A DNA stretch of 64,000 bases from Eledone cirrhosa (lineage: Eukaryota): contig OZ024742.1 in assembly GCA_964016885.1 (NCBI GenBank), forward strand, positions 267,654,001-267,718,000, given 5' to 3'. Positions 1 to 10,540 of the stretch are shown here, one piece after another. Position numbers and translations under genes: made by a program. The notes beneath the pieces are model-generated. The model saw only the letters and a list, made by a program, of their open reading frames with translations. It was not told the origin of the DNA and searched no databases. The first letter of the stretch is position 1. The number at the start of each line of letters is the position of its first letter.

Positions 1-49
1 TACACACACACATATATATATATACACACTCACACACATATATATATAT

Positions 50-3000
50 ATAACTTTGAATAACTTTGAAATGTTTTGGCCAGTATTGGCCCAGGCCATG
101 TCTAACTTAATAGCACCACCTGGCGAAGTCTTTCAATTCAGGATTTGGGCACCATGGCCCATTCGAGAAGAGAATTACTGTTTGCGGAGACATATCCGGG
201 TGTGGGTGGTTTGTCCGGGATTACTTGGAGGAATTTGTCAAAAGACTTCTTGAATTTTGTGTGGTCAGTTTCTGTTTTGACGTCTCCTGGTGTGATGTTG
301 AAGAGAGCAGGACCGATTGAGGTGAAATAATTGTGCCGTATTGTTGTTATGAGTTGCGATTTAGATTTTTGAATGGGACGGATAGCACGGGGCCCAAGCC
401 TTGGGTGTATCTTGAAGGCGATGCCAACATCATTTGGGCAGTGATGATGGAACATTTTCCACATCATGCAGATAATATAACGCTCACGGCGACGTTGGAG
501 TGAGTAAAGTTTCAGGTTTTCTAATCGACCCCAGTAGTCAAGGTCTGACATGCCATCTATCTTTTTCGTGATTGCCCTTTGAGGAGCTTCAAGTTTCATG
601 ATACTTTGTTTCGTGTGGGGAGACCACAGTGGACAACAGTATTCAAGGTGTGGTCGGGCGAAAGTAGAGAAGAGAAGGATAATGGTGCGGGAATCTCTCG
701 ACTGGAAGGTTCTGAGGATCCAGGAACACATTCTGCGGGCCATGTCAACTTTGCTGCTTATATGCGTGGTCCAGCTTATGTTGCTGTCCACGGTTACTCC
801 CAAGTCTCTGATGTTGTTAGATGCCACGAGAGTTTCCCCGGAGGGAAGGGAGTACGGGAGTTTCAGAGCATCCTCTTTTCCAAAGTGGATCAGTTCGAAT
901 TTGTCTTCGTTCAGTAACATGTTGTTCTTTTCTGCCCAATGGGTAACAGCCAGTAGGTCTGACTGAAGGCTTATCCGGTCATCCACGCCATTGATGACCT
1001 TTTGGAGCTTGGAATCATCAGCGAAAATTTTAATGTTGCTGTGTTTGATGATGTCAGTGATGTCATTAATATAGATGATGAAGAGAAGTGGGCCCAACAC
1101 AGTGCCTTGTGGGACCCCACTACTGACTTTGGCTGGGCTTGATTTGACTCCCTCAACTACAACATGTTGGGTTCTGTTTGACAGGAAGCTCTTGATCCAC
1201 TGCAGCAGCTTTCCAGTGACACCAATATTGGACAGCTTTCGCAGTAGAATGTTATGATCAACCCTGGCAAAGGCCTTGCTGAAATCAAGGTAGATAACAT
1301 CAGTGTTGGAACCCTCTCCCAAGGTTCTCAAAATGTCATCAAAGTGATGCAGTAGCTGCGTCAGGCAATCCCTTCCATTACGGAATCCATGCTGGTTGGA
1401 GTTCAGCATATTGTTACTCTCAAGGAAGTGGGTCATTCGCGATCTCACCACTCGCTCAAATACCTTAATGATATGAGAGGTGAGTGAGATTGGACGGTAA
1501 TTCACGGCAAGGGATTTGTTTCCCTTTTTGAAAACTGGGACAACAGACTGGGATAGAAGGTTTTCTGGCACATATCCAGCATCCAGTGAGTTCCGCCACA
1601 GATTGGTAAGAGGAGATGCAAGTTGGTGTTGACACGCCTTCAAGACACAAGCAGGGAACCTATCGGGACCTACTGCTGAATTATGCTTGATTTCCTTTAT
1701 TGCCGCCAAGGCATCAGGGGCGCCAAACGTTATGTCCGATAAGGTGTAATGGGGAGTAACATCGCCGATACAGCCCAGATCGGCCATATCAGGATTGCTG
1801 AAAACAGAGCAGTATTGTTTCTGCAGTATCTCACCCATGGTTTTAGCATTGTCTTGAAGAGTGCCATTTTCATCAATTAGAGGGCCAACAGTAGAGCCAG
1901 TGATTTTGTGTTTTTTTGCAAATGAAAAGAACACTTTGGGATTGAGTTTGATCTTCTCAATGGCCCAGGCCTCTTCAGCTCTTCTCTGATTGTTGATGAG
2001 GGACATTATGTTGTTTTGGAGGTTATGTTTTTTAATCTCTAGTGATGAAATGGCAGTCAAGTTGATGTGTTGCTGCTGACAGTATTTCAGCTTGTTGATT
2101 TTTTTGTTCGTTCTCTTAATTTTTCTGATGAGCGTTTTTCTATTTCTAGGGATTCTGCTCTTAGATTTGTTTATAGTTCTTAATGGGTGTGTTTAGCACA
2201 TATGTTTGTAACAGTGTCCACAAATGTCTGCCAGGACTTTTTGATGTTAGTGGGTGTATGAGTGTGCGTGAAGGACCAGTCGACATGTGCAAGATCATGA
2301 CTGATCGCTTTCCAGTTTGCATTGTGGAAATCCATAGTGTCAAACGGATGGACAGGAGAGATGACATTGGGTTTGTATATTGGACGGTGGTATCTCAGAT
2401 CACAGAGAACCATGTCATGATCAGAGAGTAGAGTTTTCTCCACTGCAATATTGTGGATATTGTCAGTGTGATTGCTGAAAATTAAGTCTAGGACGTTTTT
2501 GTGGCACCTCGTTGGTTCGAGCACCAGTTGGGATAGGAAGAAATCATCCATGAAGTCAAGAAGCGATTCCACAGCTTCCCTGTCAGAGGTTGAGGCAGAA
2601 GAACCTGGTGGCAGGCTGTTTGTGGACCAGTCAACTCCGGGGAGGTTGAAGTCCCCCATCATTAAGATGTTGTCAGGGTGACACTCTTGGATGAAACACT
2701 TTATGCTGTTGAGGCATTCCTTGAAGCATGGTACTGGCGTTTGGGGTGGCCTATAGAGCCCAACTACTAATAGGTTGTTGGCTTGACTGAATACAGTGAC
2801 TGCTTCACAGTATCCATTAGTGAATATCTTCATAGCCTCTGTTGAGAAAGAATTATGGACATAAATGGCAGTTCCGCCCTTTCTTCTGCCAGCGCGATCA
2901 GCACGGATGGCTTTGAAATTTTTCACTTTCACCTCGGCTTCCAAGTGGAGGTTACTGAGATGGGTTTCAGTGAGGACGAAGAAAGGGATGTGGTTTGGAT

Positions 3001-3358
3001 GGACATCAATCCAGTCCTCCAGGAATTTGATCTTCCATTTTTGAGTATTGGTGGAAGGGCTGATGCCTTGGGCGTTAAGCAAAAATGTAGAGGCGAGAGT
3101 GGATGGTTTTAATTGTTTTGGTGTGTTGTTAATTTGTTTGTTTGTTAATGGCAGCAATGGGAGTTTGTGCAGTGGGGTGATAGTGGAGGGTGGTGCTGGG
3201 TGATAGCTCGAATGTTTTTTTCCAGTTCTTTTGCCAGATTCATTATGGCTAAAAAAGAGGAAGAAGTTTCCTGTTTAGAATACTGTTGGTGACTGTGGTA
3301 GTGGTTATTTTTATGTAGATTATGGTTTTTGTTTTTGCTTTTATTTTTAATTTTATTT

Positions 3359-3360
<2 letters not shown>
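50..3360 (-). mobile_element. CR1-group LINE copy 1 (APE+RT ORF2, tail of ORF1, 3' UTR ending in (TA)n)
   Basis: APE motifs (LNAQG, LTETHL, GDFN, SDH) in ORF 2180-3157 and RT motifs (YRPISL, DFSKAF, GVPQG, FADD) in ORF 138-2060. The 3' UTR block gtattggcccaggccatgtctaacttaatagcaccacctg is shared with the copy at ~10564. Confidence 0.93.
138..3157 (-). pseudogene. LINE ORF2 endonuclease/reverse transcriptase, split by a frameshift near 2165-2185
   Basis: Consecutive ORFs of 325 aa (APE) and 640 aa (RT plus C-terminus) in different frames. Confidence 0.9.
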
Positions 3361-3364
<4 letters not shown>

Positions 3365-3416
<52 letters not shown>

Positions 3417-3488
3417 GCACACACACACACATATATATACACACACACATATATATACATATATATATATATACATATATATACATAC

Positions 3489-3549
<61 letters not shown>

Positions 3550-3550
3550 C

Positions 3551-3607
<57 letters not shown>

Positions 3608-4916
3608 TACATACACATACATACATATACGCACACACACCCACACATATACACACATATATACATATATATACAAACATATATACACATATATACATAT
3701 AACTACATAAATAAACACATATACACACATGTACATATACATACACATACATATACACACATACACACAAATATATACACATACAAATAAATAAGTACTC
3801 AATAAAAATACGCATATACGCAGGCACATAAAAACACCTCTACAGGCAGAAAATGTAGATAGGTAAGAGGTACTCACATAACCATAGTGGCCGTATTTCA
3901 GGTTGAGGAGGGGTGGGGGTAGGGTGGGAAGGAGGTATAGGGGCCAATAGGAGGAGGTCGTTTTTAGCCATCGGGTTTTAACACTGGCTTAAAGTGTTTG
4001 AAAATTGCAAAGTTCTTGTGCATGCAGTTCGGGCAGTGTTCAGAGAGTTTGTTCAGTAGCGGGCGAATAAAATAACCTAGCTAGGAATATAGCCAACCAC
4101 AATTATAAAAAAATGAAATAAGCCAACCACCTCCGAACCCAATCCCCGGACTGGGGCTCTGTGTAATTGCCTAAATAAGGAAGCATGCCCACTTGAAAAC
4201 AAATGCCTCACAAATGATATCGTATACAAATGCGATGTCATCTCAGGCACCGATGATTGCAAAAAAACTTACATCGGCATGACCTCCAACAACTTTAAGA
4301 CCCGTTGGTATGACGATACCCACTCCTTCAGAAGACCGGACAAATCAAACCAGACAACACTCGCCTCCTACGTTTGGGACCTCAAAAGCAACTCCATCCC
4401 CTTCATGCTTAAATGGAAAATACTCCAGAAAGCGCGCTCTTACAACGGAGGACACAAGGGCTGCGACCTTTGTATTTCAGAGAGCTACGAAATTTTATTC
4501 ACCAAGGGCCCGCTACTGAACAAACTCTCTGAACACTGCCCGAACTGCATGCACAAGAACTTTGCAACTTTCAAACAGTTTAAGCCAGTGTTAAAACCCG
4601 ATGGCTAAAAACGACCTCCTCCTATTGGCCCCTATACCTCCTTACCCCCCTACCCCCACCCCTCCTCAACCTGAAATACGGCCACTATGGTTATGTGATT
4701 ACCTCTTACCTATCTACATTTTCTGCCTGTAGAGGTGTTTTTATGTGCCTGCGTATATGCGTATTTTTATTGAGTACTTATTTATTTGTATGTGTATATA
4801 TTTGTGTGTATGTGTGTATATGTATATATGTGTATATATGTGTGTATATATATGTATATATCTGTGTATATGTGTGGGTGTGTGTGTGTGTGCGTATATG
4901 TATGTATGTGTATGTA

Positions 4917-4965
<49 letters not shown>

Positions 4966-5000
4966 GTATATATATATATGTATATATATATGTATGTATA

Positions 5001-5043
<43 letters not shown>

Positions 5044-5070
5044 ATGTGTGTATGTGTGTGTGTGTGTGTG
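3365..5070 (+). mobile_element. 5'-truncated Naiad-type Penelope-like element with an inverted copy of its 3' end
   Basis: 3780-4064 is the reverse complement of 4507-4792, and the mirror continues into the flanking low-complexity tracts. GIY-YIG coding sequence starts between the arms. Confidence 0.85.
4162..4608 (+). pseudogene. GIY-YIG endonuclease C-terminal domain of a PLE
   Basis: Open frame CNCLNKEACPLENKCLTNDIVYKCDV...KTYIGMTSNNFKTRW...CDLCISE...LLNK...CMHKN. Confidence 0.9.
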
Positions 5071-5095
5071 TATCTGGCGTCCCCTTTGTTTACGT

Positions 5096-5197
5096 GTCCC
5101 AACGACTTTTTTTAGCCGTTGTTCGCACCAACCTGAGGCATATGGCCCTTAAAGCGATGAAATGCCTAGGACGGTTGGAGGGTCACTGATGAAGGAC
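5096..5197 (+). ncRNA. Candidate non-circularly permuted hammerhead ribozyme, copy 1 (intact core)
   Basis: aggcaUA tggccct ... GAAAtgcct ... agggtcaCUGAUGA. Stems I and III pair and covary with the copies at 29121 and 35495. Confidence 0.75.
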
Positions 5198-5602
5198 TCA
5201 CTTTTTCATATGTATCCCATTTGCAACGCCGCAGCTCCATTATTATCATATTTACACAAATATTTTTTCTATGCTGCCACGTCTGTTTCGTTCCTTGTAT
5301 CTTTACCCTTTCTAGCAGTCTCTTTCTCTGTTAGCCTCCTCCTCAACTTTCACTCACTCATTCTCTGTCACTACCTCTCCTCCTCCTCTTTCCTCCTCCT
5401 CCTTCAAGTTTGACCTGTGTGTAATTCTTTTCTCGCGCGGTCTTGACCAAGCTGGTATGGAATTTTTTTCTCTCGCTCTTTCGTCTGCGACTTCACAAAA
5501 CTTACGTTTACCGAATTCGTAGACCAGACCCCTTTATCTTCTTCTTCTTCTTCTTCTTCTTCTTCTTCTTCTCTCCTTTCTATCTCTCTCTTCCCCCCCC
5601 CC

Positions 5603-5911
5603 TCAGGGGCGCCAAACGTTTTGTCCGATAAGGTGTAATGGGGAGTAACATCGCCGATACAGCCCAGATCGGCCATATCAGGATTGCTGAAAACAGAGCA
5701 GTATTGTTTCTGCAGTATCTCACCCATGGTTTTAGCATTGTCTTGAAGAGTGCCATTTTCATCAATTAGAGGGCCAACAGTAGAGCCAGTGATTTTGTGT
5801 TTTTTTGCAAATGAAAAGAACACTTTGGGATTGAGTTTGATCTTCTCAATGGCCCAGGCCTCTTCAGCTCTTCTCTGATTGTTGATGAGGGACATTATGT
5901 TGTTTTGGAGG
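5603..5911 (-). repeat. ~310-bp near-identical duplicate of LINE segment 1714-2022
   Basis: Direct sequence comparison; one substitution seen (gttatg vs gttttg). Confidence 0.92.
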
Positions 5912-6471
5912 GTATGTATATATATTTATATATGTGTGTGTGTATGTGTGTATATATGTATGTATGTGTGTGTGTGTGTATATATATATATGTATGTATA
6001 TATATATATATATGTATGTATATATATATATTAGAATAATCGAGTATCGAAAAATCGGCGCACGAGTTCACGATAAACAAAATTCGAGATGAGCGGCAGA
6101 GGGCTCTATAATTCAAATAAATCAGAGCTATAACTATCGTTAAAATACCGTCACACGTAGAATATGTCTACAATCAACCAAATAACCGAAAAGTTCGATA
6201 TGGAAGATTCGGGACACTCAGATAAATTATCAATAAATCAATAAATGAAATGAATGTAAAAAGCATACCCGGACCCACTAGAGAGATGGAATATCTAGCT
6301 TCTTGGGTTTCTGTAAATCCTTAAACCGTCATCTATCAGCTCACATAAAAATATAAGACTTACAGACGATCGGGGGACTGGAGTTACTTCATCAACGAGC
6401 TTTGTCCGAATGGATGAAAAGACAAGACCCAGGCTAAAAATACGCACATGGATTTCAGCAAGGGAGATAAC

Positions 6472-6474
<3 letters not shown>

Positions 6475-6554
<80 letters not shown>

Positions 6555-6588
6555 TATGTGTGTATGTATGTATGTGTATGTGTATGTA

Positions 6589-6633
<45 letters not shown>

Positions 6634-7016
6634 ATATATGTATGTATATGTATGTATGTATATATATATATTTGTGTGTATGTGTATGTATATATATATA
6701 TGTGTGTGTTTGTATATATATATATATATGTGTATTTGTGTATGTGTATGTGTATGTATGTATTTATATATGTATGTGTGTGTGTGTGTGTGTGTATATA
6801 TTTATATATATTTATATATATGTATGTGTGTGTATGTGTGTGTGTATATGTATGTGTATGTATGTGTATATGTATGTGTGTGTGTATATATATGTATATA
6901 TATGTGTATATGTATATATGTGTATATATATATATATAGATATATATATGTATATATATGTATATATATATGTATATATATATGTATATATGTATTTGTA
7001 TGTGTATGTGTATGTA

Positions 7017-7047
<31 letters not shown>

Positions 7048-7177
7048 GAATATATGTATGAATGGTGTATCTCTATATATATATATATATAAATATATGT
7101 ATGTATGGTGTATGTGTGTGTATATATATATATGTTCTGTTTTTTTCCCGTTCAATTTTTCATTATATATGTATATA

Positions 7178-7208
<31 letters not shown>

Positions 7209-7334
7209 CTATATGTGTGTGTGTGTGTATGTGTGTGTTTATATATATATATGTATATATATATTTTTATATATATATATATATATATGTATTGGACACT
7301 ACCGTAAACTCTTGATAGATTTATCTACATAATA

Positions 7335-7373
<39 letters not shown>

Positions 7374-7406
7374 GTATATATGTGTGTATGTATGTGTGTG
7401 TGTGTG

Positions 7407-7462
<56 letters not shown>

Positions 7463-7560
7463 AATATATTTATATGTGTGTGTGTGTTTTTATGTGTGTA
7501 TATGTATATGTGTATGTGTGTTTATGGTTGCGCGCGAGTGTGTGAGTGAGTGTGTTTTGT
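6475..7560. repeat. Compound (TA)n/(TG)n microsatellite
   Basis: Sequence composition. Confidence 0.95.
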
Positions 7561-8013
7561 GAATGTGTCTGTTGACTTTTGGCATATAGTTGAATAGTTT
7601 ATGAGAAATTTGAAGATAATTGTAAGATATGCACTCAATATTCTGAATTTGTCTACAGAATTCTCTAAACCTTTGTCACTAAGTAGAACCTTAATGAATT
7701 TAGCTTTTAAAGAATCTCCCTTTCCTTTAAATCTATCTACCATGACTGACCCCCCACTGATCTTATAGACACCTGTTAGCTTAAGAGAAACTTAATAACA
7801 AGGAATGGCATGCCATCCTGAACCTGTTTATAGAATTCTGTCTGCCTTTGTTACTCTAAAAACAAAAATAAATAAAAATAAACTATAGCTTTGTAGAATT
7901 AGCTTTTAATGAATTCCCTTTTCTATCAACCAATGACCTACACCCATCCCACTCCCCACCCTCTCCTACCACTTGTAGAGACCTATAAATACCATACTTA
8001 TTTTTTGATACCC

Positions 8014-8064
8014 AGATTCCTGATGATTTCTAAAGAATGATACAGTTCTAGTTCTGTAGAATCT
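8014..8064 (+). ncRNA. Type I hammerhead motif with GAAA changed to GAUA (probably inactive)
   Basis: agattc CUGAUGA uuucu-aa-agaau GAUA cag...cugUA gaatct. Confidence 0.65.
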
Positions 8065-8149
8065 CATCTATATTAAAACTTTTATACTCTGCAATGTATT
8101 GAGTACCTTACTTACTGTGGTTACCTCCGATTCAACCCGGAATAACGTA

Positions 8150-8188
<39 letters not shown>

Positions 8189-8216
8189 ATATATATATGT
8201 ATATACATAATATATA

Positions 8217-8390
<174 letters not shown>

Positions 8391-8409
8391 AATATATATA
8401 TATATATAC

Positions 8410-8446
<37 letters not shown>

Positions 8447-8449
<3 letters not shown>

Positions 8450-8562
8450 TTGGAATAGAATGAAACGAAATTTCATTTCTCACTCTTAGTTTACAAACGG
8501 ACAAGCGAGCGTTATAATAAACGTTCGCTAAACTGATACGTACATATATATACGTGTACCTG

Positions 8563-8607
<45 letters not shown>

Positions 8608-9035
8608 GTGCTACTGTGCGTCTGTATACATATATGTATGTACGTATACATACATACTTACATTTAAGTAAGTGCCGTACTAAGAGTGAGAAATGAAATT
8701 TCGTTTCATTCTATTACAACTTATCGTTTTCGGTGCGCCTGGTCGACTGAACTCACTCGATATGCAAATTAGGCTGCTCAGCCGTTAATTTTCATAAGTA
8801 AAGTATATACTTTCGAACGTTCAACAATCTGGCAGAAGGGTATACGGTGCTGACGATAGCTAACCAGCTTGAAACTAGTACATCGTTCCTGTGTCAGTGT
8901 TGAACAAAAGGGTGACGTGGTTGCCTTAACACCGTACGGTATAAATAAGGCTGTCCGTTTGTAAACAAACGGACAAAGCGAGCGTTATAATACACGTTCG
9001 CTAAACTGATACGTACATATATATATGTGTACCTG

Positions 9036-9090
<55 letters not shown>

Positions 9091-9140
9091 TGCTGCTGTA
9101 CGCCTGTATACATATATGTATGTACGTATACATACATACT

Positions 9141-9142
<2 letters not shown>
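8447..9142 (+). mobile_element. HHR-carrying non-autonomous element, family B (~470-bp unit, partial tandem, short inverted left arm)
   Basis: Direct repeat 8491-8650 / 8962-9142. 8447-8490 is the reverse complement of 8679-8721. Homologues lie at 20391 and 27139. Confidence 0.8.
8845..8885 (+). ncRNA. Minimal type I hammerhead ribozyme (family B)
   Basis: cggtg CUGACGA uagcu-aacc-agcuu GAAAC-UA-GUA catcg, with palindromic stem III ACUAGU. Confidence 0.85.
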
Positions 9143-9175
<33 letters not shown>

Positions 9176-9201
9176 TATATAAGAAATATATGTATATATA
9201 T

Positions 9202-9299
9202 AATTGTTTCTACTTTAGGCACAAGGCCAGCAATTATCCCAGTGCATTACTGGAACTTTATTTTATCAACCCCGTAAGGATGAAAGGCAAAGTTAACCT
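9202..9299 (-). mobile_element. 3' fragment of tRNA-derived Nin-domain SINE
   Basis: Reverse complement matches 47705-47803. Confidence 0.8.
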
Positions 9300-9609
9300 A
9301 TTATATATATTATATATATATATATATTATATATATTATATAATATATATAATATATATATATATAATAAATATATGTAAATATATAATATATATTTCGT
9401 TTCTGAATTTGTTTAGCAAGATTCTTTATCTGAAATCGTGTGTTGAAACCGATATTGTTATACTTTGGGAGGTCATGTTGCCAATAAGAAACACACGCAC
9501 CAGTTGCTTTCACTTCAATTTAATTTATTAAATATTTATAAATTTACAAATTTATAAATTTCTGGTTGGTTGGTTGGTTCCACAACCAGATAGTTGTTTA
9601 TATATATAT

Positions 9610-9654
9610 AGTCATAGTTCTTTCGTCACACACTCTGTGACCTCTTCAGTGACT
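9610..9654 (-). ncRNA. Minimal type I hammerhead (family A, left arm)
   Basis: Reverse complement of 9794-9838. Confidence 0.82.
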
Positions 9655-9793
9655 GGGGATTTCTTTCTTCGTTTCTGTGCCTTTCCTTTCTTCTATCCTA
9701 CGCCAGTTTCTGTGCCTTTCCTTTCTTCTATCCTAAACAAAATGGCGTAGGATAGAAGAAAGGAAAGGCACAGAAACGAAGAAAGAAATCCCC

Positions 9794-9838
9794 AGTCACT
9801 GAAGAGGTCACAGAGTGTGTGACGAAAGAACTATGACT
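9794..9838 (+). ncRNA. Minimal type I hammerhead (family A, right arm)
   Basis: agtca CUGAAGA g gucaca-gagug-ugugac GAAAG-AA-CUA tgact. Confidence 0.82.
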
Positions 9839-10113
9839 ATATATATATAAACAACTATCTGGTTGTGGAACCAACCAACCAACCAGAAATTTATAAATTT
9901 GTAAATTTATAAATATTTAATAAATTAAATTGAAGTGAAAGCAACTGGTGCGTGTGTTTCTTATTGGCAACATGACCCTCCCAAAGTATAACAATATAAT
10001 ATATATAATATATATATATATATATGAATTATATGCATATATATAATTTATATATATATATATATATATAATATATATATATATAATATATATATATATA
10101 TAATATATATATT

Positions 10114-10155
<42 letters not shown>

Positions 10156-10540
10156 TAATATATATATAATATATATATATAATATATATATAATATATAT
10201 ATAATATAACAGCATTATAATAGTATATAAAACAAAGTATCATGAAAGTTGAAGCACCCCAAAGGTCAATTACAAAAAAGATAGATGGCATGACAGGTTT
10301 GTATTTTCTTAAATTGAGACATGCGAACCCTATTGTCTATATTTAGTATTCTTTTCACCTTAGCGAATCAGGTCCATTACAATTTGAACACATATATCTA
10401 TATATCTCTGTTCGCTTTTCTTTTATATTCTATTATAATATACGTCTCAGAAATATCCCTTTCTTAGAGCTATTTTGTTGTAAGAGACTATTTTGATTTC
10501 CTAACTCAATATATACATTTAATATATATAATATATATAT

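Larger units (their letters stand above)
9394..9996. mobile_element. Palindromic HHR element, family A (two outward-facing arms)
   Basis: 9452-9705 mirrors 9743-9996, and the left arm carries an extra ~57-nt tail. Confidence 0.88.

Noticed and set aside
5155-5195. SECIS element (AUGA...GA) in the 5096 motif
   Set aside because: No proper SECIS helix or apical AA. The covarying pairings fit the permuted hammerhead much better.
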